Assembly (NCBI GenBank): GCA_965240325.2
Contig: OZ251224.1
Coordinates: forward strand, 1,736,001-1,800,000
Direction of reading: 5' to 3'
DNA from: Rebecca billardiae RCC1528
Taxonomy: Eukaryota > Protista > Haptophyta
DNA: 64,000 nucleotides
Numbering within the stretch: position 1 is the stretch's first letter; every line of letters begins with the position of its first letter. The translations under genes and the position numbers were made by a program. The notes beneath the pieces were generated by a model. That model was not told where the DNA came from, made no database searches, and saw nothing but the letters and a program-made list of their open reading frames with translations. Below, piece after piece: positions 1 to 11,903 of the stretch.

Positions 1-319
1 GCGCAGCCGCGTGCGCATCCAGACTGCTGCTAGGCCCGCGGCCACGCCGCACGCGGCGACCACTACCAATTGCCCAAGCTCGTTGGCCGCCATAAGGACT
101 GGCCGCGACGAGAGCCTCGATGTAGGCCGTTTTGAACGCGCGAAGGCACGACGAGGCGATGTGTGCAGGGGCGTGTGCAGCGCTGTCGGCGCCTTGGTGG
201 CGTTGAGGAGGCCCGCGCTCACACGGCGGTCGTCCCCCAAGTCGGAGGTGCCAACGGCGAGCTCACGCGAAAGCCGGGCGGCAGCGGCCGACCAAAGGAA
301 TTGGGCCGACGGACGTCCA

Positions 320-494
320 AGGGCGTTCCCCGCACTGGTCATACGCCAAATCGAACCGCGTTCCTATTGAAATTGGCTTCCTCTATTTAAAGCGGGTACA
401 TTTGATTACGGCCCGCGCCAGTCCGGTAGCAATGCCCCCCCCCAGGGGGGGGCATTGCTTTCGGGAGCGTGTGGCAGGATCCCGGGAACGCCCT
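320..494 (-). mobile_element. Short MITE (family H, TIR AGGGCGTTCCC), empty-site copy
   Basis: AGGGCGTTCCC at 320 and GGGAACGCCCT ending at 494. Internal hairpin AGCAATGCCCCCCCC/GGGGGGGGCATTGCT at 429-459. Homologous, reversed, to 37580-37779 and 38326-40485. Confidence 0.75.
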
Positions 495-551
495 TGAGAA
501 GGCCCCACCGAATTGTCATCATCGTTATCACCAGTCAAGTGAGCAAACAAC

Positions 552-878
552 GCGGCAAACTGCTTTTACAGTCTACAATGTTTTAACGTGCACACTTGGT
601 AAAACACGGCGAGATACAGCATAGAATTAGTTCGCGTAAGCTATGCTGTACAGTTTACTAAGAATAAGAGACGCACACAGCTCAGGCAGGCGACAGTACC
701 GACCTGCGGCAAACTGCTTTTACAGTTTACTATGTTTTAACGTGCACACTTGGTACTGAAACACAGCTTCATAGGCAGGCGAGATACAGCAGCATAGAAT
801 TAGTTCGCGTAAGCTATGCTGTACAGTTTACTAAGAATAAGAGACGCACACAGCTCAGGCAGGCGACAGTACCGACCT
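552..878. repeat. Imperfect tandem duplication (~155-170 bp units) that includes the left TIR of the adjacent transposon
   Basis: The block GCGGCAAACTGCTTTTACAG...GTACAGTTTACTAAGAATAAGAGACGCACACAGCTCAGGCAGGCGACAGTACCGACCT occurs twice, at ~552-705 and ~706-878. Confidence 0.85.
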
Positions 879-1443
879 CGGGCAGCAGCCGTACGTGCCG
901 GCCAGCACGAGTGGTGGGGTGGCACCAGTGCCGGCCCCAGCCCGCAAGAGCAAACAGCCGGACGCCCCGCCCCCGGCCCCCGCAGCTGGTGACACAGCGG
1001 ACCCTCCGGGCAACAGAACCCCGCAGCCGGATTTGAGGCCGACACGCCACATTGGGGCCCATATCACCTGAGGGCCAGGCCTTCTGTGTGATATGCTCCC
1101 CCAGTCATGCCGCTTGATACACACCTTCCCCAACAGACAGTGGGGCTCCACATTCCATACTACATCCTCATCGGAATAATAACCTCATCCTGTCGGCGCG
1201 CTGTCGCATCTGCGCCCAGTCGGAGAGTTCGGACGACGACGTTTTGTGGACGACGGTAGGGCAAGGACGACGGGCGCTGGCGCGCCGCGAGGCGGCCGCA
1301 GCCCTCATCCAGGCCTCGCAGGCGGACGGCTGAACGAATCTTCCGACGGCGCTACCATCGGCGACGGCTTCATGGGCGGTGACAGTTGGCGGGCGTCAAT
1401 CGCGCCTGCCTGAGCTGTGTGCGACTCTTCTTTTAGTAAACTG
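824..1443 (-). mobile_element. Non-autonomous TIR transposon (family C, CAGTTTACTAAG TIR, TA TSD; Tc1/mariner-like ends), deletion derivative of 38542-40456
   Basis: TA|CAGTTTACTAAGAATAAG... and ...TTTTAGTAAACTG|TA. Interior 875-1443 is the diverged reverse complement of 38542-39095. Confidence 0.85.
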
Positions 1444-2504
1444 TACAGTACGCCGGTCTGTTTTGTCGCGGTGTCTTTGTGCGGTGTTGGATCTTGGATG
1501 GCGTCAATCATGCCTGCGTAGTAATAAGTAAACTGTATACTACGTATTAGATGTATTTATTCGGCCGGCGGCGGAGGGGCGATAACCATAAACTGGGACA
1601 CAGCGCGTTCATGCGAGCCGCTCACTTGGTGGATCGCGCTGTGCACAATAGCTCAAAAGCCGCGTTCATGCTGTTCGATCGCGGAGCAGGTGGTGCGCTG
1701 CCACCACGCCGACTAGTCGACGACCGGATGATCGTCGGGCACTGCCGGTGAGACAGTGAGTGCCGCGATGACGAATCTAAGTCCGAGAAGGCAGGCGGCC
1801 ACATTATTATCGTCAGCCGATTATCACCGTCGGGTGGACTGTCGACAGAATAGTCGTCGTAATCATACTAGCTAATGATCGGCACTCGGCAGTTGAGAAT
1901 AGTTAGTAGCTAAGTAACAGCAGACGATGTAATTGTAAAGTGTCAAGTGACTCTGAGTGAACCGCCTCGATGCCAATAATCAATTCGATCGTCACCGATG
2001 TTCGTTCGGATGTTATAACGCGCGATGTTAGTAACTTAAACTTTGGCTATTCTAACAGTAATAATGCTGACGCGAGTTGCCAATTAGCCTTAGGTGATGA
2101 ATCGGACAAGGCGGGATAAGCTATCCGGATACGCGCGTGCTCCCGCGGGCTTGAATATAGTTTCAAACTAGTTATTCATGTATATTTAATGTGCGCGTAC
2201 TGACAGTCGCTGTCAGTCGCGGACTGCTCACTCTGCTGACAATGCAGCCGTGCCATACCGCGCTCAGCCTGCTGACCTGCTCCGCTGCCAGCAGCCAGTT
2301 ACAGTAACTCCCGTCAGCACTCAATCTTCGTGATGAAGCTTTCGACTAGGATCCTAGTTATACGCTGACCGTCGCCAGGTTGCCCGAGCCCCAACAATAA
2401 GCAACATGTATGCCGGGACCTTTAAAAATAATGTTGCGAGGGACTCGGAAGGTGGCTGAGACTGAGAGCAGCCACGGGTGCGAGGTGAAAGACTGTGAGA
2501 TCAG

Positions 2505-3017
2505 CTAGCGGATGTATGCCCCGGGGGTGTTCTGGATACCAACGTCTGGGTTTCCCACATTCAGCTGCGAGAGGCATGCCAGGACGACGACACCGAGGAG
2601 CACGACAACAGTGAGGTTCCACTGGCTCGGGTCGAGCAGGTCCTGGCGGCCGCCTGTCTTGCCCACCGTGCTGCCAAGCTGCTCGATGGTTTCGTCAGCG
2701 GCACGCTTGAAGCTATCCACGGCCGATTCCGCGCTGAGGCGCGCCTTCTCTCGCTCCATGAACTGCGCGTATTCTGCGTTCAGATCCAGCTTCGCTGGTT
2801 CCGCTGGTGGTTCGTTGCTTTGCTCCTCGGGCGGCTCAGCCATGGCCACAATCTTAGAGCGTGCCCGCGCGGCAGCCCCCCGGCTCGGCGTGAAGCGAGT
2901 CCTGGGAGACATCTGCTTCTGGCCAGCTAGTGCGTGCGTCTCCGGGCACAGCACCGCGAGCAAAAGCGCAAGCATCGCAATCACCTTGATGGCGCGCATC
3001 CTCGTGGGGGCAGCCAT
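2505..3017 (-). CDS. Hypothetical plastid-targeted membrane protein (170 aa)
   Basis: Hydrophobic signal peptide, Arg/Ala/Ser-rich transit-like stretch, acidic middle and one C-terminal TM helix (WNLTVVVLLGVVVLACL). Confidence 0.7.
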   Translation of the reverse strand: MAAPTRMRAIKVIAMLALLLAVLCPETHALAGQKQMSPRTRFTPSRGAAARARSKIVAMAEPPEEQSNEPPAEPAKLDLNAEYAQFMEREKARLSAESAVDSFKRAADETIEQLGSTVGKTGGRQDLLDPSQWNLTVVVLLGVVVLACLSQLNVGNPDVGIQNTPGAYIR

Positions 3018-3310
3018 CGCGACACGCCGCAGGCAGCAGGGTGCGCAGCGGCTGTTGTGGTTTATTATTCATTCCTTCCTCGATCTACGACGACCAGGTT
3101 TTCAATATTTTTCGATGACTTTTGAACTTTCTTCACTCGGTCCTGTTTCAGACCGGACTGACGTGATCAGACCGGACCGCTGTGCAGTCCAGACGCGCGG
3201 AACTCACAGCATCAACATCACATGACACGCTAAAAGCTCCGCCCTCGTCCGCTCGCACGCGCTACGCCCGTCGCCGCTGCGGCCGCTGCCGGTACTGCAT
3301 CGACCGCGCT

Positions 3311-3418
3311 GTCGTTGAGTGCTCGTGTATACGCAGCCTTGAGCCTAGCTAGTAGTACTGTAGTAGTAGTCGTTGAGTGCTCGTGTATACGCAGCCTTGA
3401 GCCTAGCTAGTAGTAGTA
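3311..3418. repeat. Direct tandem duplication of a ~47-bp unit
   Basis: GTCGTTGAGTGCTCGTGTATACGCAGCCTTGAGCCTAGCTAGTAGTA occurs twice, separated by a TACTGTA/TAG-rich spacer. Confidence 0.85.
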
Positions 3419-4040
3419 CGTCGTCTCTCACACCTCTCACCCTCGACCGTGCCGATCGCCCGTCACCAGTCCGCTCCCACAGGCGCGGGACCGGACGAGC
3501 CCGTGCGAAACGCCCGCGTCACCAACAACCATCACAACCTCTTCACAATAGCGGCCCCTCTTTGTTAAATTATAATAATAATAATAATAAATTCCCCTTT
3601 ATAACGGGCTCCGGGTGATCAGACTGGCGGCCGAAGCCTCCAGCCCTACCCTGGCCAGCCCCCAACCAACCACCACTGTAATTGTAATGCCCCCGAACTC
3701 CCGCCCTAGGCTTTACAGCGCAGTCTTACGACTACTTTATCTAACTATGCCGGCTGGCCTACGTAACAGTCTTACTGACTACTGAGTACTGTGGTCCGAC
3801 GAATCGGGCATCGGTGCAGGCCACGGCCCGCGTCATCATAGTAGATATAGACATCGTGTTGGCGCGTCGGCTGCGCCGCCGTTCGACGGTCGTGACACGC
3901 AGTCCGGACCGTCGGAGTCCGCGCGCGCCGGCCGCGGTGACACTGACCGCGCGCGGCGCGGCGTAAATCCGTTTCAATCCGCGTTACTACCGCCAGCCGG
4001 ATCCGCGCGACAGCGGACAGCATTGACCAAGGAGACTTTA

Positions 4041-4478
4041 AAAATCCACTGGGGAGGAAGGCAAGTGGACCCATGCTCCGTACCCTGGGGTTCGAGAGTC
4101 CGGTGTTTTGGAAGACTGGCCACTGTGGCTTTTTGTCCGAAGATCGGCCAGAATAGGCGTTTCAGCTATTATCTGTGTTATATATATTATAAGCGGAGTG
4201 ATGGGCGACTACGAGGGGGGGGGGGGGGGGGGGACGACGGCGAGGAGCGCTGGTCCTGGTGTTTGTCTCTGCTGCTCGATCTGCTGCTACAGCTTGCTGA
4301 CTCTGACGCCTGCCCGTTGCATACCACGTCGTTAATATATTATAAGCAGCTAGAAATAAGAAAAGACGCCATCACTAAAGTACCGCTGAAGCCTGAACAG
4401 CACCGGACTCTCAAACCCCAGGGTACAGAGCATGGGACCAAGCTCGCACTGGGGGCTTCCTCTCAAGCAGTGGGTTAT
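4041..4478. mobile_element. Degenerate MITE with imperfect terminal inverted repeats
   Basis: CATGCTCCGTACCCTGGGGTTCGAGAGTCCGGTG (4072-4105) is inverted at ~4401-4434 (CACCGGACTCTCAAACCCCAGGGTACAGAGCATG). Weaker symmetry extends outward. Confidence 0.6.
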
Positions 4479-4809
4479 TGGTAAGACCCCTTGCATTGAC
4501 ACCGTTGAAGTGATTGACAGGCTTGACAGCCTCTGTCTCTGACGGACCCGGTTGGCAACCCGGCGGCCCGAGGTTGGCGTCCGAGATGTGGCCTGAGGGC
4601 CAACCACCATTGTCAGACGAGGATGGTCATGATGGGGGCGTGTTCCGCGCATGGCGAGCTCGGCACAGGCAGACACATACGTCATGCGCATGCGCAGCGT
4701 CAGAGATGGCCGCGTGAGCCCACAGATGACAACGTCAACGTGCTGCTGAGAGATGATGAGCACTGCGAAGGCCACAACTGGTGAAACTGCACGACACTGC
4801 CCATGATCT

Positions 4810-5651
4810 CTAGATCCCCTTGCTCGGCTCGATGACGCGATCGATCAGCCCGTAGTCGACCGCCTCGTATGCCGAGAAGAAGTTATCCCGATCCAAGTCT
4901 CGCAGAACCTGCGCGCGCAGTCGCGCAGAGCGGGACGTCCAAAGAGGTGGACAAACAGAATGAGAAGATGCTCGGCGCAGCCGCGCGCGCGGCGCGAGCG
5001 CACCTTCTCCTTGGGCTGGCCGGTCAGGCGCGCAAACTGCGTCGCGACCCGGTCGCGCACGTTCATCACCTGGATCGCCTCGACCTTGATGTCCTCGGCC
5101 TGGCCCTGCGTCGCCCCCATTGGCTGGTGGATCATCACACGCGAGTGCGGAAGCGCCATCCGCTTGCCGCGCGCGCCAGCGGCGAGGAGGAACGACGCCA
5201 TCGACGCGGCAAGCCCGACGTTGATCGTGATCACATCCGACTTGACGTGGTTGATGGTGTCGAACATCGCCATGCCCGCGGTGACCGAGCCGCCCGGGCT
5301 GTTGATGTACATGTACATGGGCTTGGTGTTGTCCTCTGAATCGAGGAAGAGCATGATACCCAGGATCTGGTTGGCGATCTCGGTGTCAATCTGCTGCCCA
5401 AGGAACATGATGCGCTCTCTGTACAACCGGTTGTAGATGTCCACCCAGTCGCCCTGCGTCGAGCCCGGCGCGCGGTAGGCCACCTTCGGCACGCCGACCG
5501 GCATCATGCGCACGCCCGACGCGGCCGAGCGGCCCGGCGAGCGAGCCGCCCTGCCGCTCGCCGAGCGGGCGGCGGTGAAGGCGTGCGCCGGAGTGGCCAG
5601 CGCATGCAGCGCGATGAGGGCGACCGATCCCAACCCGGCCGTAACCCGCAT
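4810..5651 (-). CDS. clpP: Plastid-targeted ATP-dependent Clp protease proteolytic subunit (intron 4909-5003)
   Basis: Signal+transit, then [23 protein letters not shown] (catalytic Ser) and IHQP (His). Removing the GT-AG intron restores [23 protein letters not shown]...*. Confidence 0.93.
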
Positions 5652-5808
5652 GGCGCGATCGATCGGTGTTCGCCGTGATCGCGCGCAAGTTCGGAGCGGC
5701 GCGCGGGCAGCGCAAGCGCAGCCGTGCCGCCCCGGCCGGCGCGCCGTGACGCTCCGGGTGCGCACGCACGGATCACGGACAGGCACAAACGATTGATTGA
5801 TTTCCAGC

Positions 5809-6704
5809 ATGGCGGCCGCGGCGCTTGTCGCGGGTGCCCTTGCCTTGAATACCGGTGTGCTGCCCGCCTTGGCTTCGTGGGGGTGGGCACGATTGCCTCT
5901 GCCGTCGTCCGCGGGCTGTGCAGTGACACACTCGCAGCTCCCCCGCAACCGATCCTGCTGAGCCCACGCGGCGCAAGGCACAGCGCCGCTCTGGCGACAC
6001 AGCTCGAAGCGAAGGTCGAGGTAGCGCCTCACAACCAAGCAGTCGTTGACGGCGCGGATGTCGTCTTCCTCGGCGTGCTCCCCACGCAGGTGGATGCGGT
6101 GCTGGCTGGCCTCACCTTCGACCCCGGGAGGCACACACTCGTCAGCCTCGTCTCGACCGCGCGACGCGATCGGCTGGTGCTCGCCTCACGACTCCCAGCA
6201 GCGCGCGTCATGCGCGCACTCCCGCTCCCCGCGGTGGCGCGTCAGCGCGGCGCGACGGCGCTATGGCCCGTCGAAGCGTGCCCGCCCGGAGTGTCCCTCT
6301 TCGCCTCGCTCGGCGAGGCTGTGCCTGCCCGCACCGAGGACGAGCTGATCAGTCTCGCGTCCGCAACGGCTCTCATGGGGCAACTGTTTGAGCAGCTCGA
6401 CGTGGCGGAGCGATGGCTGTGCGAGCAGGAGGTGGACAGCGCGGCAGCGGGGCGCTATCTCTGCGCGCTGTACTCGGGGGCACTTGCCGATGCGTCTGAC
6501 CGCGTAGCGGTCACCTTCGGCGGCGAGCCAACAACGCTGGAGGATCCCGAGGACATCCGCCCGTTTGGCACGCTCGTGCGTGAGCAGACACCTGGGGGCA
6601 TCAATGAGCAAGTTGTGCGAGGGTTGCGAGGTTATGGCGCATTCGAGAGGCTTCGGCAGGAGCTGGACCAGGTGCGATCGCGGCTGAATAGCGGTGGGTC
6701 CTAG
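5809..6704 (+). CDS. Pyrroline-5-carboxylate reductase-like NAD(P)-binding oxidoreductase (start uncertain)
   Basis: Rossmann motif [31 protein letters not shown] and C-terminal TPGGINEQ. No in-frame ATG upstream of the fold; the ATG at 5809 is out of frame. Confidence 0.75.
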
Positions 6705-7137
6705 TGACTCAGACTGATGGCGCTGCCGCTGCCATCAGCTGGTCGTCGGCCAGTGGCAGTGAAGTGCAGAGTGTGCAGACGGTCCGCCGGTTCTATACGA
6801 CTCTGTCGTCTCTGATTGATAAGGCTCGGGAGTAGCTTACTGACGAATCTTTAATATAATTCCTTTGGCCTGACCGCGGCCGGCCGATTCCTCCGACTAT
6901 ATTATATATATAATATATATATATATTAATATATATATTCTATACTGACGCGATTCGTCCATCGGCAGGGTGAACCGCGTAAGTGTTGTTTTATAAAACA
7001 GATCGAATTCCTGTCAAACTCATCAAAGTCGATACTTTTATTATTATAAAAACTCGCGCTATGATACTGCTGAGACTACTACTGCATGATGACGACGGGC
7101 GCGTCCTAGAGGCGATCGTCCTGGTAGCTAGTCGTCG

Positions 7138-8520
7138 TCATATCCTCGGGGTGCGGCGATCTTCTCTCCGGATGCTCATTGCCTCGACACGAGTTGTGCG
7201 GTTGGCAGCAAGCTCTGCGGCGAGCTGCACCACGGCTCGCCAGCGCTCGTACGCACCTCCCATCATCCAGGTGCCGTCGGGCATGTCGCCCTTCCGCCTG
7301 CTATCCATCACGGGCTGCCAGGATGCCGCGCCGCCGAGCTCCTTGCCAGCATCGAGCGCGGCTGCGTCGACCGAGCACAGCGTGTGGCGCTCCCCAGCGT
7401 CCGCATCGAACGCCTGCTCAAATGCCTCGCGCGTGTGCCACTGCGGGAGCAGCGCCGCCTCGCCCTGCATGGCGCGCGCTCGGAGCTCACCGAGCGCATC
7501 GCCGCGCAGGCACTCTAGCCCGAGCTCCTGCACGCTCGGCGTGGACGGTAGGCCCCTGAGCTCCTTCAGCGTCTTCTGCACACCCGCAACTTGGCAGTGG
7601 GCACGCGGCACGTCCCCGCGCTTGACCACATGCATCAGCACGTCGAGCAATTGCAGGTCGCTGGATGGGTTGGCGTGGACAGCCTTGGAGCTCAGCCGTG
7701 CTGCTGCGCACGTCCGTGGCGCCGGCATATGGGCGCACACGAGCTCCTCCAGGATGTCAGTGCAGTTTGCGCACAGCGCGTGCATGTTCAGGGCGAGCAC
7801 CGACCCGCTGCCAAAACGGGCGGTGAAACGCGCGGCCAGGGGCGGAGCCCAGGCCTCCGACGCCAGGACGTTGGCATACTCGCCGCGCAGCCAGTCGACA
7901 AGACGCACGTACTTGCTCGCGAAGCCTGCCAAACTGCCCTGCTGCTTGCCGTACAGCTGGTTGTGCCAGCTCGCCAGCCAGTCGGTCAGTCGGCGGTACA
8001 CGACCAGGAACCTTACGCGAGGCATCGGGCGCAGCACGTCTGCGAGACCGGCTAGGTCCGTGTATGGCCGACTCAGCTCCTCGGCCGAAAGAAACACGCA
8101 GGCGCGTGCTCGCGCAGCGTGGCGCAGCTTCGCAGCAAAGTGAGCGAGTGTCTCGTTCCGAGGGACCTGCACAATAGCCTGTGCCCCCTGCAGGGCCATG
8201 GCCAGCTGCGCGTGCGCCTTCTCGCCAGAGCAGCACGCGGCGCGCGTTGAGGCCGGGTTCGGCACGACAACCCCGTCCTCGCGCTGTAAGATGGCTGACA
8301 GGTGCGTGTGCGCCACTAGCTGCCTCTGGATGCTTGTCGAGGCCGTCTTGAGCGGCCCGAGGTGCACGTACGCCGTACCCGAGCAGGGCACTGACGCGGG
8401 AGCTGGCGCCACGACATGGTGCAGCCACGCGAGCAGCAACTTGGCAGCCGCCGCCCAGAGTATCGCAGCTGTCCGCCGAGTGCGCACGGTCGCGCCTCCA
8501 GGTGACGCAAGATCTGGCAT
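7138..8520 (-). CDS. Type II membrane sulfotransferase-like (P-loop) protein, 460 aa
   Basis: N-terminal anchor, YVHLGPLKTASTSIQ resembling a 5'-PAPS-binding loop, FLSAEELS and VVYRRLTDWLASWHNQ. Confidence 0.7.
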   Translation of the reverse strand: MPDLASPGGATVRTRRTAAILWAAAAKLLLAWLHHVVAPAPASVPCSGTAYVHLGPLKTASTSIQRQLVAHTHLSAILQREDGVVVPNPASTRAACCSGEKAHAQLAMALQGAQAIVQVPRNETLAHFAAKLRHAARARACVFLSAEELSRPYTDLAGLADVLRPMPRVRFLVVYRRLTDWLASWHNQLYGKQQGSLAGFASKYVRLVDWLRGEYANVLASEAWAPPLAARFTARFGSGSVLALNMHALCANCTDILEELVCAHMPAPRTCAAARLSSKAVHANPSSDLQLLDVLMHVVKRGDVPRAHCQVAGVQKTLKELRGLPSTPSVQELGLECLRGDALGELRARAMQGEAALLPQWHTREAFEQAFDADAGERHTLCSVDAAALDAGKELGGAASWQPVMDSRRKGDMPDGTWMMGGAYERWRAVVQLAAELAANRTTRVEAMSIRREDRRTPRI

Positions 8521-8653
8521 CGCGATGGCCGGTGCGTGTGGTCCCCGCCCCGGCCCGGGCGGTTCGTGCTGTACGTCCGAAATATTGATGATGGCGGAAT
8601 AATTGATATATTAATTGATGGAATTGATTGAGGCGGCGAGCAGCGTGATGGTA

Positions 8654-8959
8654 CAGTTTACTAAGAATAAGAGACGCACACAGCTCAGGCAGGCGAGATT
8701 GACGCCCGCCAACTGTCACCGCCCATGAAGCCGTCGCCGACAGATGGTAGCGCCGCCTAGTTCGGGAGTTTTCCGTCCTGCACACGAAGACCCCCGCCCT
8801 CTCGGGAGGGGCGCCGGGGAGGCGGGTCGTCCACAGTGAAATGGCGTGACCGTGTCATTTGCCGCCTAGCAGGTTTGCTCAGCCAGGGTCTCCTGTCTGA
8901 GAGTGAGTCACTCAGTGAGACTGTGTCTGCGTCTCTTATATTCCTATAGTAGTAAACTG
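8654..8959 (+). mobile_element. Family C MITE (~300 bp), TA TSD
   Basis: TA|CAGTTTACTAAGAATAAGAGACGCACACAGCTCAGGCAGGCGAGATTGACGCCCGCC... with a degenerate right TIR ...GCGTCTCTTAT...AGTAAACTG|TA. Confidence 0.75.
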
Positions 8960-9572
8960 TAACTAGTGAGGTTGCCTCAGGTCGGGTGGGGCCGGACGCC
9001 GGTGGCGGTTGGAGACTGGAGTAGCTACGGGTCAGGCCGACTCCGGACCCGTCCCAGGAAGCCCGCGTGACGCGCGTCGCCAGTGATATAATTATAAGAG
9101 TGAGCCCGCGTCCCGGCTGGCAGCGGCCACCCGGAGTAGCCCGTCCGTGCCCGCGGCGCCGTCATATTCATTCAATTCATCGGGCGCAGTCTGTTTAACT
9201 TTATGACGACCGCGAACGGCCGGGCCACAGGCCCGCCCCGCCTACCGGCACGGTACCGCTGTAGCAGCAGTCTTATATACCAATATAGTTTGCACGAAGC
9301 TACGCTGACGATCGATCGATCAATCAGCAATGTAAGTTACGACAATGACAGGCCGCTGTCGCCGCCGGTCACGGTGCCAGGGTTGACATCAGGGTGAGTC
9401 TCAGGGCGTGACCGCCGCCGGGCCGGGGACGGGGCAAGGGTGGTGGCCTCCTTGCACCCTCCCGAGTGGAGGCCTCGACTGTCAGGGTAGAGCAGGTCCA
9501 TGCGTGATGCGAGGTGCCCGTGGCAGCCGTGAGGTGGATCGCGCTGCGCAGGTACTACTGTAGTACAGTTAC

Positions 9573-10530
9573 TTAAGATGCAGTGCTCGGCTGTGAGGAC
9601 GCAGTGTACGACACGCCGCCCATCCAAGAGCCGTGGGGGTCGAGCTTGACGGCCTTGTCGATGACAGCACTCTCGATGCACACGTAGCGCTCCCACTCGC
9701 CCGGGCCCAAATCGTTGAGGCCCGAGGCCTTCTCCGCGCCAATGTTCCACACGACCGCGTCCTGAGCGGGGCCAATGTGGGCGGGGATGGGCGCGCTGTC
9801 TCTTCAGCTGGGTAGGCAGCAAAGGTGCGCGCGCACGCAGCCGGCGTACCTTGAAGCCCTGCGCGAGGATCTGCAGGGAGTCGGTGCCATCCGTGAGCGT
9901 GAGCTTGTCCGGGGACGCAAGGTACACGCGGTCCACCTCGCCCTCGATCTTCAACTGCTCCGCCGACTCGACCACGCGCGCCGTCTGACCGTCCGCGCCG
10001 CGCGGTGCGACCGAGTCCTCGTACGTGAGTCCGCTGAGCCCGTCGATGGCGACCTTGCCAACGCTGGAGACGGCGAAATACGTGTGCAGCGCCGTCGTGA
10101 ACTCGAGCGCTTCCTCGCCCTTGTTCATCACCTGCATCGCCATCGTGAGCTCCGCGTCCGCCGGCAGCGTGACGTGGTACAGAACACGGAATTTCGATGG
10201 CCACACCGCTCGCGTCTCCTCATCGTCGCAGAGCTCAAATGTGACGGTCGGCGACGGCTCGGTGGCCGTGCTGAGCACCTTCCACTTGGCCGAGGTCCGC
10301 GCAAAGCCATGCTTTGGCCCGCTGCCCCTGGCAGCAAACTGCGGCCAGCAGATGGGCACGCCGCCGCGGAGGGCGGTGGGAGGCGGCTTCGTTGTGGACG
10401 AGACGAAGAGGCGCTCACGCCCATCGGGCCGCCACGACTTGACGTGCGCCCCGAACAGCGCAATCTGGCAGGAGGCGCCCGACGCGCGCTTGAGCTCCAC
10501 GCAATCATCCGCCAAGCGGCTGGTCGCCAT
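9573..10530 (-). CDS. Glucose-6-phosphate 1-epimerase / aldose 1-epimerase family (intron 9762-9849)
   Basis: FGAHVKSW, LRGGVPICWPQF, HGFAR, FTTALHTYF and EVDRVY. The spliced exon gives DAVVWN...YVCIE. Confidence 0.92.
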
Positions 10531-11041
10531 GATGACGCGCGCTGCTGCTCGCGAACCCCCGGATTTTCGATTTTTCGCCGTCCCATCAAGGGTTCCCCGA
10601 TCGGACCCATCCCTCCCGCTCGGGCCGCCACCCGTCCGGGCGGCGGGCAGACAGGCGCCGAGTCGACTGACGGTCATCAGTGTTCACGCGGTTACTTAGT
10701 GATACTAGTCCGCTGTACACGCTGGCGAGAGTGAGCATGACATACGCGACAAGTCCCTCAGCTGTCGTGCTCAAGTCATCCGCCGTCGCTGCGTGCCTCT
10801 GAATCGTTGTTGATACAAGTTGCAGAGGGCACCGCACCGATCGGCCGCCGAGTGTCCGACTCACTCACGTCGGTCCAGTCCGCGCTGGCCGCGCCAGCAG
10901 TCGTCTGCGCGGGCGGTGCCGGGAAAACGGATGCAGGCCTGCGCGTGCGTAGCTCGGCATACAAGCGAGCACGGATGCGCAGCCGTCGCCGCACTCTCAG
11001 CTGATGGCGTGTCGAAGAGGGCCGAGAGGTGAACGCTGTAC

Positions 11042-11479
11042 TCACTCCTTGTTGTATTGCGTCACCTCGAGCGTGGCTCCAGACTGCGCGCACGAGCGCG
11101 TGGGTCGCGGGGCGTGAGTTCACGGCAGGGAGCGCCACACCAGGGGCGCGCGTGTAGCGTACCTCCTCCTCGCTATTGTAGTTCGGATCGCGCGTATCCG
11201 TCGCATTCGCGGCGCCAAACGTGTACTCGTCGCCCTGCGAGGAGCGACATGCATCGCGCAAAGCGATCGCGTGAGCACTTGCGGGGGCAACAGACACGCG
11301 CGTCGGACAAGTGCAGGCGGACGCATGGTGACGAGGCGAGCGATCACCTCTTTCCCCCACGCGCCCTTCCCACCAGCACCGCCCTTCTTGATGTCCTTGC
11401 GGTGCCCCGTCTCTGCGGAGACATTCTCCTTCCGGCGGTGCTCGGGCGGAATGTGCTTCTTCTTGTGATCCTGCTCCAT
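11042..11479 (-). CDS. 81-aa microprotein with a PDCD4-type N-terminal ribosome-binding motif (exons 11479-11348, 11234-11163, 11083-11042)
   Basis: Phase-0 GT-AG introns give MEQDHKKKH...KDIKKGGAGGKGAWGKE|GDEYTFGAANATDTRDPNYNSEEE|SGATLEVTQYNKE*. Compare PDCD4 KKGGAGGKGVWG...DPNY. Confidence 0.72.
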
Positions 11480-11903
11480 ATTGACCTGATAGCGCCGGGG
11501 GGTCGTGTGGGGGATGCATCCGGCCGCCCACGGGTCATCAGCGAAGCCCGTGTGGCGCGCGCACGTGCACGAGTGCGCGCCGCCGCGCCGCCGCAAGTCG
11601 GGCCGCCGCGGCGCGCTACTCACGCTCGCTGTCAACCAATAATCGCCGGCGAAGTCGGCGTCCAAGCCATTTCCTGATTTATTACCCACTTGTCGATAGC
11701 CAATAGGGTTGCGGGTTCTCGCGCTGGCAAGGAGGCTTCGGCCGCGCGTTTGGACGATGCAGAGCTACCGACCGGATAGCTGCGCGGAGCCAACTGATCC
11801 GGACTCGTTGGCCCTCCAGCCGACCAGCCCGGCTGACCGCCGCAGCCGGGGGCGCTTTGCGCGAGAACTCTCGCGCTAGATCCCGAGCTCCGCCATCATC
11901 ACG

